Origin: Acinetobacter phage vB_AbaM_3098
Sequence record: PV081573.1
Direction: 5' to 3' (one strand)
Length of the DNA stretch: 55,604 nt
Shown piece after piece: positions 1 to 9,936 of this stretch. Each line of letters starts with the position of its first letter. Positions within the stretch are counted from its first letter, which is position 1. The notes below the pieces were generated by a model. It was not told where the DNA came from. It searched no databases and saw only the letters and a list, made by a program, of their open reading frames with translations. Position numbers and translations under genes: made by a program.

Positions 1-13
1 GAGCAATTATTAA

Positions 14-1051
14 ATGAAAATAACTGACATCTTGAATTTGAATAAAAGTTCAAGCGTTGAGTTAGTTAATAAGATAAATGAAGAGCTTTCAAAGTCTCCT
101 AAAGATTTAGTGATTATCTTTCTACTTAGTGTATTCTATGTTAATAGATACTCTAGACTAAACCACAATGTCACTAAAGAGATGCTACCAGAATTGGCTG
201 TATCTCTTTTTGTAGATATATTTGGCAAAAAGAAAGTTACTATTAATGAACTTGGAGCATTTGTCCGAAGCGAAATCTGGGGAACTTATGAGAAAGTAAT
301 AGCTCATAGAATTGACACAGATGAACCTTACGCAAGTCATTATGATCAGTATCATTTTACTGATGAAGAAGCAACTGAGAAAGCTGCTTTATTGGAATTA
401 GCAAGAAGTAAGATTATTGATCTAGCTCCTATCAGACTAGTTCCAATCATCAGGTATTATATTGATACTGGAATATTAGCAACTACAATGCTTGATAATT
501 CTGATAAGTTCTTGGTCTTAATGTTTTTACATAAATTAGGAGCTAGAATGACAATTAATTCAGACGGTATTGGAGATTTAATACCTAAGGATCCGAAAGG
601 TAAAGCCCTATTCTTAAGTTCACTTTGTAATAAAGATGAGAATTTATATATTCTTCTTAATCTATTTGGTGATCTAGATAAGCTGTTTATACTATCGGAA
701 CTCTTCGGAGGTCAACAAATAAAGATACCTACTCCAGATGAGTTAGTCACAACTATCGAAGATTTAGCAAAATCAAGTGATAAATTCAAAGGCAACGATC
801 CAGTGTCTGATGAGTTCTTGTCACTCTTTGTTGAGACAGACGTAAAATCTGCTGGAATCCAGTTATCTGTTTTGGATCACTTAAGACTGGCTCTGGACAT
901 GGAAAGTGTCACATATGAGAAAGTGCTGAGTAGATTAAATCAATCTCCTGAATCAAGAAAAGTTCTCCAGACTCTAACTTCAGAGCTCGGAGCAACCACA
1001 AATATCTTAGATAGAATTTCAAGAGTATCTAAGAACTCCCAAATCGGCTAA
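14..1051 (+). CDS. hypothetical protein (345 aa), first gene of the replication module
   Basis: Long ORF on the coding strand with ATG at 14; compact spacing to the downstream SSB gene; no motif recognised. Confidence 0.55.
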   Translation: MKITDILNLNKSSSVELVNKINEELSKSPKDLVIIFLLSVFYVNRYSRLNHNVTKEMLPELAVSLFVDIFGKKKVTINELGAFVRSEIWGTYEKVIAHRIDTDEPYASHYDQYHFTDEEATEKAALLELARSKIIDLAPIRLVPIIRYYIDTGILATTMLDNSDKFLVLMFLHKLGARMTINSDGIGDLIPKDPKGKALFLSSLCNKDENLYILLNLFGDLDKLFILSELFGGQQIKIPTPDELVTTIEDLAKSSDKFKGNDPVSDEFLSLFVETDVKSAGIQLSVLDHLRLALDMESVTYEKVLSRLNQSPESRKVLQTLTSELGATTNILDRISRVSKNSQIG

Positions 1052-1111
1052 ACAGCTGTTAATTTGTAAGAAATAAGTCTTACACGTCTTAAAACTTAGT
1101 TAGGATTTAAA

Positions 1112-2098
1112 ATGAATTTAGACAAATTGAAACAAATCACAAGTAAACTAAGTGAAGAACAAGCTAAAGCAGGAAGTAATCACAATGGTGAATGGCCTTT
1201 AGTTTGCTTCCCACCTGATGGTATTTTCCGTGGTCGTTTTATCACTGACCCTTCTGGAGAATTATACGAGAAGTTCTTCCACTATGGTTACTTTGCAAAA
1301 GGTATTCGTGATCCTGAGACAGTTCCTAAGGATCAATTACCTGCTGATTTCCGAAATGAACTTCAAGAAGTTTCTAAGAAATTAGTTGAAAATAAAAAGT
1401 TCAGTCGTGGTCGTAAAACTGCATTCTTGGTTTACTTCTACATCACTGCAGTTGATAATCCTACTGAAGATTTCAAAGTAGGTAATCTAGTATGTTTAGT
1501 TGGTGATGGTCGATTTGCAAATGCGTTCAATGATGTACTTCAATCATTAATGAAAGATGCATCTGACAAACTTCTTAATTCTCTTTCTCCAGATAAGAAA
1601 GGTCCAATTATGGAAGTTAACATTGTTCGTGGTGCTCAAGGCAAATGCACAATCAGCCCTACGTTCTCTGAGTTGGATCCTTTAGTTAATTTAACTCCAG
1701 AACAGCAAAATCTTCCTGAAGCTGAACGTCAGAAGTTAATCGCAGAAGCTTTAGGTCCACGTGGTTATAAGCCACTTGCTATATCTTACATCAAACCTGG
1801 ATTTGATGCAGATAAATATGCAACTCTTCTTACTTCATTCAAAGAAGAACTAGCTGAAATTGAAGCTAAGAAAGCAGCAAAATCAGAAGGAACTCAACCT
1901 ACTCAGACTCAATCAAATGAGACGACAGGAACTCAAGAGCAGGTTCAGACAACTCAAACTGCTGAAACAGTTCAAGTTATTAACAAACCTGAAGAGACCT
2001 CAGTGGTTGCAACTGACTCAAATCCACAAGAAGTTCAACCTTCTGTAGTGGAAACTAAGACAGACAATCCTTTTGCTAAATTCAAACGTCAAGACTAA
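1112..2098 (+). CDS. ssDNA-binding protein, T4 gp32-like
   Basis: GEWPLVCFPPDGIFRGRFITDPSGELYEKFF resembles the T4 gp32 core (GEWKLKLDNAG..AVIRFLP); Q/T-rich flexible linker and charged C-terminal tail; RBS tagga; rho-independent terminator immediately downstream. Confidence 0.75.
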   Translation: MNLDKLKQITSKLSEEQAKAGSNHNGEWPLVCFPPDGIFRGRFITDPSGELYEKFFHYGYFAKGIRDPETVPKDQLPADFRNELQEVSKKLVENKKFSRGRKTAFLVYFYITAVDNPTEDFKVGNLVCLVGDGRFANAFNDVLQSLMKDASDKLLNSLSPDKKGPIMEVNIVRGAQGKCTISPTFSELDPLVNLTPEQQNLPEAERQKLIAEALGPRGYKPLAISYIKPGFDADKYATLLTSFKEELAEIEAKKAAKSEGTQPTQTQSNETTGTQEQVQTTQTAETVQVINKPEETSVVATDSNPQEVQPSVVETKTDNPFAKFKRQD

Positions 2099-2102
2099 AA
2101 TA

Positions 2103-2124
2103 AGGGGCTTCATGCCCCTTTTCT
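2103..2124 (+). terminator. rho-independent terminator after the gp32-like gene
   Basis: ggggc-ttcat-gcccc followed by ttttct. Confidence 0.7.
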
Positions 2125-2136
2125 ATTGGAATTATT

Positions 2137-2970
2137 ATGAATGTTTTAGATGGAAACTGGATGGTGGTGAGAAACTTCCATGCATCCAACAAAATGCAAG
2201 ATGAGTCTGGATTTTTGAATCATTGTCTTGGTTCTATCTTAAGGTTCGTCAAGAACAATGGATATAAGCCATTTGCAGTTGCTTGGGATCAAGGTAAATA
2301 CAGATACCGTGCAGACACCAAAGGTGTAGATTATAAAGGTGATCGAGTATACGATGACTCTTTTAAGGTTTGCTGGAATGTAATGGATAGACTCCGCCAG
2401 ATCTTACCTTCAATAGGAATCAAATGTCTCCAATTTCCTGGAATTGAAGCAGATGATATTGGATACTGGTGTGCATATACTCCAGAGCTGTCTCATTTCA
2501 AAGAAATCAACTTAATCTCTTCAGACCGTGACTGGTTCATTAGTATCAATGAAAGAACGAATGTAATTAGACCTCTAACTGGAGATAAGATCCAATTATA
2601 TTCAGAATCAATTTTAGAAGAAGAATTTGGATTATCTCACTTTGATGATTATCTTCTATATAAATCAATTGTGGGTGATGGTTCAGATAACATTCCAGGC
2701 ATTACACAAAGTGCCGCTTTGATCAAGGAATACATCTCAGGCTATAAGCTGTCTACTTTAGATGAAGAGATCAAGTCTAAGATGGAAGTGAATATTCACT
2801 TGATGAGACTGGATCGAATTCTGACTGATGAAGAAGTATGTGCTTCTTTGAAACAGCAACTCAACACTCCATTTGTAAAAAGACCACTCTCGTTACTTCT
2901 TCCTCCTAATTATCCAGTTTATTTTAATGGAATTATTGGGAAGTATATGAGAGAGCAAGGACTACTGTAA
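2137..2970 (+). CDS. RNase H / 5'-3' flap endonuclease (T4 rnh-like, FEN family)
   Basis: FEN motifs GIEADDIGYW (metal-binding acidic cluster) and VGDGSDNIPGI (helix-hairpin-helix GD.SDNIPG). Confidence 0.7.
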   Translation: MNVLDGNWMVVRNFHASNKMQDESGFLNHCLGSILRFVKNNGYKPFAVAWDQGKYRYRADTKGVDYKGDRVYDDSFKVCWNVMDRLRQILPSIGIKCLQFPGIEADDIGYWCAYTPELSHFKEINLISSDRDWFISINERTNVIRPLTGDKIQLYSESILEEEFGLSHFDDYLLYKSIVGDGSDNIPGITQSAALIKEYISGYKLSTLDEEIKSKMEVNIHLMRLDRILTDEEVCASLKQQLNTPFVKRPLSLLLPPNYPVYFNGIIGKYMREQGLL

Positions 2971-2971
2971 T

Positions 2972-5788
2972 ATGCAGAATAATATTTCGACTTTACCTTA
3001 CACAAAATATCTTACTACGGCAGACATTCATATTCATGATTATGTCCGTAATAACAAAGATGGATTTCGCTTAAAGCAATTCATTGCCTTAGCTCACCGT
3101 CTAGTTGAAATCGGCAAGCAAAATGAAGTTAAAGCTTTAGTTATTGCTGGGGACTTCACAGAATATGCAGTTCATAATCCAAATGTGGCTCACGCTATTT
3201 CACAGTTCTTGGAAATTGTATGTGCTGGATTTGAATGGGTTGGATATGTATTAGGTAACCATGATTTCAACACTAAGTTGGATTCTGGTCATTTCAGCAA
3301 CTCCGTCATTCCTTTATTATTCCCAGAAAATAAAGGTCATTACATGCATGAGAAAGTTGTAACTCTACCAAATGGTAGAACTGTAGCTTTCACAAACTGG
3401 CTTCCTGAGCAAGAGTGGAAGTTCTTTGAAGGTCAAGTTGATGTATTATTTGGACATATGTGTATTAGTTCGATGTTCGGACAATCATATGATCCTTCTC
3501 GTTATAAATTAGGTATTTTTGGTGATATCCATCAGCCTAATGAATTTGATAATGGAAAAACTTGGACAGTTAACGTTCCAATTCCATCAAAATTAGGTGA
3601 CTGCCAAAATGGATCTGTGTTATTAGTTGATACAGATGAGATGAAATGTACACGTATCTTAACTGAATCTGAAAATTTCAAATACATGAAAATGTATTAT
3701 GAAGATTCAGTTCCAGAAGCTGATAAAGATAATCCTTACTTGTTTAAGATTAAACGAGCTAGTAAGGAAGATCAAACTGCTAAGATGCATATTAATGTTA
3801 AGTCTGAACTTAATGTTGATTCTGTAATTGATAACGCAGTGCTGGCAGGTGGATTTACAAAGATTCACCAAGAAGTTAAAACCAAATTCTTAAATGAAGC
3901 TGATTGCACTCCTCTTGATTTCAACTTTGAATTGATCTCTATTGAGATTGAGAACTTCCGATCAATTAAACATTTTGACTATGATTTCCAGTCTGGACTT
4001 CTCTGGGTTAATGGTGAGATCGGTAGTGGTAAATCGTCTATGCTTCGTGCAATTAACTATGTTCTCACCAATAATGAAGAACCTCGTGATTGTTTGAAAG
4101 AAGGTGAGAAGAGTCTTCGAGTTGATTTAGCTCTCCGATATCAAGATCGAATTCATCGTATTCAAAGATCTTGGTCAGGAGGTCAAACTTTGAATTACTG
4201 GATCGATGGAGTTCAACAAGCTGCAACTTCAATTAAAGAAAGAAGTAAGCAAATTAATGATAACTTACCTTGGATTAGTCGTTTTAATCTATTGTACAGA
4301 AGTCAGATGAATCCTGGATTATTATCTCAATTTGGTTTTAATGACCGAATCAATTTGATTTCAGACATCTTAGGCTTATCTACAATTAGCGCTTACTTAG
4401 ATGCATCTAAGCGTTACATGGATTCTAAGTTCCGAGAATTGAAAGTAACTCAAGATGAAATTCAAGTTTGCCAGCAAGTTTTAGATAGTCATAAAGATTT
4501 CCATCAGGATCGATTAACAGAGCTTCGCTCATATGATCTGGAAAGTGCTGCCAAAGAATTTAATGAAACCAAGCAGAAAGCTAATGCTAAGCTTGAGTTA
4601 ATTAAAGACAAAGAAGCTAAGCACAGAGAGATCCAAAGACTTCAGAGCAACCTAGGTGAGGAAGTTACCTGTAATATAACAGAACAGGATAACGTTAATA
4701 ACCAACAGTGGTTGAATCAAGGTAAGCAAGTACTTCTGGAAACTGAAAAAGAACTTTCTAAAGTTGAATCTGATTTAGCTGGAGCTAAGCGTTCTCTGAA
4801 TAATGCTGAAGAGTCTTTGAGATCTATTAGGTTAAAAGAATCATGTCTCAAAGATAACTGCCCTACTTGTGGAACAACTCTAGATGTTGAGTCAAATAAC
4901 ACAGCTAGAGAGAATTTCAAATGGGAAATTCAAGATATTGAGAAACGTAAATCTCAGCATGAAGAAGAAATAATAGTTTATGAGCAAAAGCAGAATGAAC
5001 TAAGATCTACTATCTCTGAAATCAAAGCTGGAATTAGAGATTTAGAAGTAGCTGTTAAGGAATACGGAGATTATCTTATCAAGTCAAAAGCTTATACAGA
5101 TAATTTAAATCATCTTAACAAATTAGTTGCTGAGTATAATTTAGATCAAACTGATGTTTCTGAGAAAGAATCTCTTCTTAATCAGATTACACAAGCAGAT
5201 TCTAATCTTCAGCAAACTGCTCAACTAAAAGGTGAATTAATTCAATTAGAGCGCACTGAGAAGTTTATTGAGGAAAATAAAACTAAGGTTGAAAGTTTGA
5301 AAAATTCTATTTACGAACTTGAGATCGATGCTGAACTTTCCAGAAAATACTACTCGCTGTTCACAAATACTGGAGAAGTAACATCCAAGGTATTTGAAGC
5401 AGTTGCTAATATTCTTACTGATGATAATCTTAAAGTTACAACAGTTCGACAATTAGCTTCAGGTGAAACTCGAATTGACTTTGATGTTGAGTTTAAAGTT
5501 GACAATATCTGGATCAAGTATAATAACTTATCTGGAGGTCAGATGGGATTGGCAGATTTATTCTTCTTGAGCAAACTTCTCAAGATGAGTAATGGTGCAG
5601 GTGTGTTAATTCTGGATGAAGCTCTAGCTCACATCTCATCTACAATGATGGAAACTGCTATTGAAGAAATTCAAACTATCCCAGCTAACTTAATTATATT
5701 CGTTACTCACGTAGCTTCATTCCCACATTATCAATGTAAGATTGATGCTTATCGTGAAGCTAACACAACTAGATACGTGGTGAACTAA
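2972..5788 (+). CDS. single-chain Mre11-Rad50 (SbcD-SbcC, gp47-gp46-like) fusion: N-terminal phosphoesterase nuclease, C-terminal SMC-like ATPase
   Basis: N-terminal Mre11 motifs DIHIHD, AGDFTEY, LGNHDF, FGHMC, FGDIHQP. C-terminal Rad50 motifs: Walker A GEIGSGKSS, zinc hook CPTCG, signature LSGGQ, Walker B VLILDEA, H-loop FVTHV. Start overlaps the rnh stop (taaTATG). Confidence 0.8.
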   Translation: MQNNISTLPYTKYLTTADIHIHDYVRNNKDGFRLKQFIALAHRLVEIGKQNEVKALVIAGDFTEYAVHNPNVAHAISQFLEIVCAGFEWVGYVLGNHDFNTKLDSGHFSNSVIPLLFPENKGHYMHEKVVTLPNGRTVAFTNWLPEQEWKFFEGQVDVLFGHMCISSMFGQSYDPSRYKLGIFGDIHQPNEFDNGKTWTVNVPIPSKLGDCQNGSVLLVDTDEMKCTRILTESENFKYMKMYYEDSVPEADKDNPYLFKIKRASKEDQTAKMHINVKSELNVDSVIDNAVLAGGFTKIHQEVKTKFLNEADCTPLDFNFELISIEIENFRSIKHFDYDFQSGLLWVNGEIGSGKSSMLRAINYVLTNNEEPRDCLKEGEKSLRVDLALRYQDRIHRIQRSWSGGQTLNYWIDGVQQAATSIKERSKQINDNLPWISRFNLLYRSQMNPGLLSQFGFNDRINLISDILGLSTISAYLDASKRYMDSKFRELKVTQDEIQVCQQVLDSHKDFHQDRLTELRSYDLESAAKEFNETKQKANAKLELIKDKEAKHREIQRLQSNLGEEVTCNITEQDNVNNQQWLNQGKQVLLETEKELSKVESDLAGAKRSLNNAEESLRSIRLKESCLKDNCPTCGTTLDVESNNTARENFKWEIQDIEKRKSQHEEEIIVYEQKQNELRSTISEIKAGIRDLEVAVKEYGDYLIKSKAYTDNLNHLNKLVAEYNLDQTDVSEKESLLNQITQADSNLQQTAQLKGELIQLERTEKFIEENKTKVESLKNSIYELEIDAELSRKYYSLFTNTGEVTSKVFEAVANILTDDNLKVTTVRQLASGETRIDFDVEFKVDNIWIKYNNLSGGQMGLADLFFLSKLLKMSNGAGVLILDEALAHISSTMMETAIEEIQTIPANLIIFVTHVASFPHYQCKIDAYREANTTRYVVN

Positions 5789-5867
5789 ATGGCTATTGGT
5801 GAAATTCCGTTTTATTTTATGGTAGGCGGAGGTCTACTTTGCTTGCTACTTTATATGATCTAGAATA

Positions 5868-5890
5868 AGGGAACTTCGGTTCCCTATTTT
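5868..5890 (+). terminator. rho-independent terminator
   Basis: agggaac-ttcg-gttccct followed by atttt. Confidence 0.65.
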
Positions 5891-5901
5891 AACGAAGTAA
5901 A

Positions 5902-5945
5902 AAGCTGTTTCTTAAACATTCTTAAAACCTGTTAAGTTGTGGGCG
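5902..5945 (+). promoter_or_regulatory. bipartite conserved intergenic motif (AAGCTGTTTCTTAAA ... AAAACCTGTTAAGTTGTGGGCG) with downstream GC hairpin; putative phage promoter
   Basis: Copy of the recurring motif pair, here with about 24-bp spacing between the CTGTT cores, followed by hairpin gcggg-cgaga-cccgc; about 40 nt upstream of ATG 5985. Confidence 0.45.
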
Positions 5946-5984
5946 GGCGAGACCCGCTGTGTTCTGTCAACTAGGAATTATATC

Positions 5985-6308
5985 ATGTATCATTTAACAA
6001 AAACTTCTAACGTTAGCTCTATCTTAGAGTTTGGCTTAACTCCAAATGAAGAAGGATGTATTTATCTTTCCACAGATTGGAAAGATATAATTGACTGTAA
6101 TTATCTTCCCGAATTATATGATGAAGATAGTTTTTCAGTTCTTTTGGTTAATTCAAATTCTCTAAATCTAGAGCAAGATCCTGAATTTGATGATGCGGAT
6201 CTTGCTTTTATTTGCAGAACTACCATAACTCCAAATAATATTTCCTTAATTGGAAATTATAAATTTTGTGGAATGCGTGGTTCACAAAAGCTGTTTAAAA
6301 AGATTTAA
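5985..6308 (+). CDS. hypothetical protein (107 aa)
   Basis: ORF downstream of the conserved promoter-like motif at 5924-5945; RBS aggaa; the track start at 5937 is a TTG inside the motif. Confidence 0.5.
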   Translation: MYHLTKTSNVSSILEFGLTPNEEGCIYLSTDWKDIIDCNYLPELYDEDSFSVLLVNSNSLNLEQDPEFDDADLAFICRTTITPNNISLIGNYKFCGMRGSQKLFKKI

Positions 6309-6336
6309 ATGGTGATTAACACTCTTAACTGCCTCT

Positions 6337-6360
6337 AAAAGCTGTTAAGAGTGTCGCAGG
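6337..6360 (+). promoter_or_regulatory. variant of the conserved motif (AAAAGCTGTTAAGAGTGTCGCAGG), putative promoter
   Basis: Similar to CCTGTTAAGTTGTGGGCGGG; part of an 11-bp inverted repeat (acactcttaac/gttaagagtgt). Confidence 0.3.
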
Positions 6361-6368
6361 AGAATCAA

Positions 6369-6638
6369 ATGAGTACAGAATACACAATTCTGAAAGCAGG
6401 TCCAATAGAACTTTCAATTGACGAGAGCTCAAATAAATTTGAAATTTCATGTGGAGATCACTCTACATTGGATAGCACTTGGTTATATACTAATTCTGAA
6501 TTAACGGAATCTGATTTATGTCAATTAGCCGAAAACATATTAGCAGTTGCCAGTTATTGGAATTCTGATCTAGTCGAAGAATTCATAACCAAACTTGCAG
6601 CAAAATCAGATCCAGAAAATAAACCGATTATTAAATAG
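6369..6638 (+). CDS. hypothetical protein (89 aa)
   Basis: ATG at 6369 preceded by aggag; upstream promoter-like motif/hairpin 6318-6360. Confidence 0.5.
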   Translation: MSTEYTILKAGPIELSIDESSNKFEISCGDHSTLDSTWLYTNSELTESDLCQLAENILAVASYWNSDLVEEFITKLAAKSDPENKPIIK

Positions 6639-6646
6639 GAATTAAG

Positions 6647-8623
6647 ATGTCTGAAATTAAGATTTCGAAATTAGAATTTCCAGAGAACGTTCGCAAATTA
6701 ACAGGAATGTACCTTGGTGTAACCGACAATTTCACGACTCCATTACGTGAGATTATAAATAATTCAACAGATGAAATGTTGAATGGCCACGCTAACTGGA
6801 TTCATATTATTAATAAAGAATCTCATAAATTAGTAGTGGATAATGGTCGTGGATTACCAGTTTACTGTGATGAAGATGAGCCAAATAAAACTATTGCACA
6901 TGTAACCATTACTTCATTACACTCTGGTTCTAAGTTTGTAGAATCTTCGGAAATTACATCTGGTATTCATGGCTTAGGTGCGTCTGCTACATCTGCAGTT
7001 TCTAAGAAATACTATATTGCTGTAAATCTCAAGAAGAAAGATTTAAGCACAACTTTACCTTGGATCCAAGAAGCTGCGAAGTCTCTCGAAAATCCTATTT
7101 ACCTTCTCTGTTGCGAAGAAGGTTATTATGTTGAAGATATTGTTCTTGATGGAGTTCTACAATTATCTGAGCACATGGCTAATGAAGAAATTCCTTCAGA
7201 CTTCTCTACAGCTGTGTACTTCGAACCAGATACTGAGATTTATACTTCAGGTAAGGCTAAGGTAAGTTTGCTTCCTCTTCAGATTATTCTGGCACGTAAG
7301 GAAGGTCTTCAAATTACTTTGAACGGTAAATCTATCGACAAATTTGACTTTAATGTTGAAGTTGCGAAAGGTGCTAATCTGTTCTTAGATAAGAAAGTTG
7401 ATTTTGAATATAAGTTTAATCCACAGCTTGAAGTATCTGGCAGTATCGCATTTGACAAAGATGCAATGGGTTATAATAACGTTACTTTGATCAACTTGAT
7501 TGAGAACACTCAAGGCGGTTACTTAGAGCGTAAAATCTGTCAAGCTCTAGGGATGGCGTTCAATCAAATGAACAATGCTGTTTCAGTTCCAGACGCTAAG
7601 TTAGGCTTGATCTTATTCAACAGTTCGTTCAGTTCATACAAGTTATCATTCTCTTCTCAGACTAAGGAAAAGTTAACTAATCTAGGTGAAGTTTCTCTAG
7701 ATCAAGTTAAGAAACGCTTGACTGCTGAAGGAGTTCCACCAGAACAGATGAATGAAGTTGCGTCTAAGACCTACTTATTCGATGAGCAATTTGTTGAAGG
7801 ATTAAGAGATTACTTCCTTGAATTAATTAAAGAGAATCGTGCTTATTTTGACGCTGTGATCGCTAAGATTGTAGAATACAAACGCACTATGAATAAACTC
7901 TCTAACCAGAGTTATATCGAATCTAAATTAATCATGGGTGACTCTGAACGAGATCGAGCTCGTCAATCAGCAGAAATGGCTCGTGTATATGAAGCTCGTT
8001 CTAAAGATTTCAAAGCTCGCGAATTGTATGTAACTGAGGGTGTATCTGCATCTGGCCACTTAATTAAGTTACGCAATAAAGATTTCCAATCAGTTCTACC
8101 TCTACGTGGTAAGTTGAAGAACTCTATCAACCTAGATTCAATGGATCTTGTTGAGAATGGTGAGTTGCTTGCAATCATCAATACAATCGGATGTGGTATT
8201 GGATCTCTGACAGATATTTCAAAATCACGTTACGGTAAAGTTATCATCACTACAGATGCTGACTCTGACGGACTTCACATTAGTAACTTGATCTTGGCTG
8301 TATTCCTTAAACATTGCCCAGAGTTAGTTGAAGCTGGTATGTTATATAAGTTAGATACTCCGTACTACTTAGTTGACGGTAAGCATTACTTCTACGCTAA
8401 TGAGAAAGATAAGATCGATTTCAATAAGAGCAAGGTAATCAAGTTGAAAGGACTTGGAGCTCATAGTGAGGAAAGTGCTAAACGATTCATGCTGTCATCT
8501 GAGAGAAGATTAATCCAGATTACAATTGATGACGACCCTGAAATCCAACAAGAAGCTGAAACTTTGTTGTATTCTCCACTCTCTCGCAAGAACTTAATGA
8601 TTGAACTAGGCGTTTTAGCTTAA
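6647..8623 (+). CDS. type II DNA topoisomerase large subunit (GyrB-like ATPase + TOPRIM; T4 gp39/gp60-like)
   Basis: TOPRIM motif ELYVTEGVSASG...PLRGKL; DxD motif TTDADSDGLHI; N-terminal GHKL-like ATPase region. Confidence 0.8.
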   Translation: MSEIKISKLEFPENVRKLTGMYLGVTDNFTTPLREIINNSTDEMLNGHANWIHIINKESHKLVVDNGRGLPVYCDEDEPNKTIAHVTITSLHSGSKFVESSEITSGIHGLGASATSAVSKKYYIAVNLKKKDLSTTLPWIQEAAKSLENPIYLLCCEEGYYVEDIVLDGVLQLSEHMANEEIPSDFSTAVYFEPDTEIYTSGKAKVSLLPLQIILARKEGLQITLNGKSIDKFDFNVEVAKGANLFLDKKVDFEYKFNPQLEVSGSIAFDKDAMGYNNVTLINLIENTQGGYLERKICQALGMAFNQMNNAVSVPDAKLGLILFNSSFSSYKLSFSSQTKEKLTNLGEVSLDQVKKRLTAEGVPPEQMNEVASKTYLFDEQFVEGLRDYFLELIKENRAYFDAVIAKIVEYKRTMNKLSNQSYIESKLIMGDSERDRARQSAEMARVYEARSKDFKARELYVTEGVSASGHLIKLRNKDFQSVLPLRGKLKNSINLDSMDLVENGELLAIINTIGCGIGSLTDISKSRYGKVIITTDADSDGLHISNLILAVFLKHCPELVEAGMLYKLDTPYYLVDGKHYFYANEKDKIDFNKSKVIKLKGLGAHSEESAKRFMLSSERRLIQITIDDDPEIQQEAETLLYSPLSRKNLMIELGVLA

Positions 8624-8635
8624 GGTAATAATGTA

Positions 8636-9898
8636 ATGACTACTCACCAAATTGCAGTTTCTGATTTCCTTCGAAATAACTATGGGGATTATGGTAGATT
8701 TGTTAACTTAAATCGTGTAACTCCAGGCGTGGATGGACTAAAGTCCGTTCAGCGCCGAATACTATTTGCTCTTAATGAAGAAGCAAGAGGTACACTAATC
8801 TCTACAATGAACGCTATTGGTAAAACTCTTACATATCACCCATTCGGTGATAAATCGTGTGAGGGAGTTATCAATGACATGGCTCGTGTAGGTATTCTAG
8901 AATCTCAAGGTGACTTTGGAGCAATGCTGATGGAGAATATTCCTGCAGCTGCTCCTCGTTACACCAAGGTAGGTTTGAGCAAAGAGAAAGCTGCACAGAT
9001 GTTTAACTTAATTAACTTCGTTCCTAAAATCGAAGGTGAAGAGTTAATCGAACCTATGTACATTCCAGTCCCAGTGCCTTTTGCACTTGTTACTGGTTCA
9101 TTATGCTGGGGTCTAGGCATGCTGGATAAAATTCCTGCATTCCGCTATGAGTCTATTTTAGCTGCATTCAAAAATGATGATCCAAGTTTACTTGAGTCTC
9201 AATACGGCTACATTATGGATAAGTCTAAGTCAGAATTAGACAAACTCTGGAATGAAGGTGAAGGTCGAATTCATCTGTCATATAAAGTTTCTCGTGTAAA
9301 TAAAGATGAAATTCTTATTTCTGGATCAGGTGAATTGTTCACACCTTCAATTGAAACTTTCAAACCATTGCAACTTGATGGTCAGATCAAAGTTTCAGAT
9401 GAATCTGACTCAAGTGTAAATATACGCATTACACGTATCTCAGGTGCTCGTAAAGTTGATATGGACGAAGTGTTCGAAGATGCTAAACGCATTGCAGTTC
9501 ACAATCGTAAGTACACTATCCGAATGAGCTTGAATGATAAAGCTCGACGAGTAAGTATGAAAGCTTGGATTGAAGCTTGTATGGCTTTGTATAACAAAGC
9601 TTTCAATGAATCTAAAGAACATAGAATCAAACAAGTTGAGAAATCAATTGAAGTTCTTACCATTCTTCCAGAGATTGGTAAGTTGGTAATTGCTGGGAAG
9701 TCAGATGAAGAGATCCAAGAAGCTGTTAAAGTAGATCTCGAGATTGTGAAAACCGCAATTAAGAAACCTGTATCAATGCTTCGTAGAGCTTCATTTGAAG
9801 CTGAGATCGAGAAATTGAAATCTGAACTGGAAGATATTAAGAAGTCAACTATCGAAACTGAAATTGATAAGTTTGCTGAAATCTTCTCGAATCTATAA
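8636..9898 (+). CDS. type II DNA topoisomerase subunit A (GyrA-like breakage-reunion subunit; T4 gp52-like)
   Basis: PGVDGLKSVQRRILFAL matches the GyrA/ParC N-terminal motif (DGLKPVHRRVLYAM); terminator follows. Confidence 0.8.
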   Translation: MTTHQIAVSDFLRNNYGDYGRFVNLNRVTPGVDGLKSVQRRILFALNEEARGTLISTMNAIGKTLTYHPFGDKSCEGVINDMARVGILESQGDFGAMLMENIPAAAPRYTKVGLSKEKAAQMFNLINFVPKIEGEELIEPMYIPVPVPFALVTGSLCWGLGMLDKIPAFRYESILAAFKNDDPSLLESQYGYIMDKSKSELDKLWNEGEGRIHLSYKVSRVNKDEILISGSGELFTPSIETFKPLQLDGQIKVSDESDSSVNIRITRISGARKVDMDEVFEDAKRIAVHNRKYTIRMSLNDKARRVSMKAWIEACMALYNKAFNESKEHRIKQVEKSIEVLTILPEIGKLVIAGKSDEEIQEAVKVDLEIVKTAIKKPVSMLRRASFEAEIEKLKSELEDIKKSTIETEIDKFAEIFSNL

Positions 9899-9922
9899 GA
9901 AGGGTTAATCCCCTTCTTTTCT
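9898..9922 (+). terminator. rho-independent terminator after the topoisomerase genes
   Basis: agaaggg-ttaatc-cccttct followed by a T-run. Confidence 0.65.
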
Positions 9923-9936
9923 TATTGGTATAAATA

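Noticed and set aside
1860-2048. 62-aa plus-strand ORF inside the gp32-like gene (alternate frame)
   Set aside because: It is fully embedded in the Q/T-rich linker-coding region of a confidently called gene; repeated CAA/ACT codons create the spurious frame.
8636-9898. Minus-strand ORFs at 9440-9634 and 7963-8181 (and the other 60-120 aa minus-strand ORFs in the track)
   Set aside because: They are antisense to long motif-supported plus-strand genes, have no RBS, and their compositions are typical of antisense frames.
9928-9935. TATAAATA (T4 late-promoter consensus) 2 nt before the ATG of 9937
   Set aside because: It is too close to the start codon to leave room for a 5' UTR or RBS. It is an isolated occurrence in an AT-rich genome and no recurring TATAAATA pattern was seen upstream of other genes.
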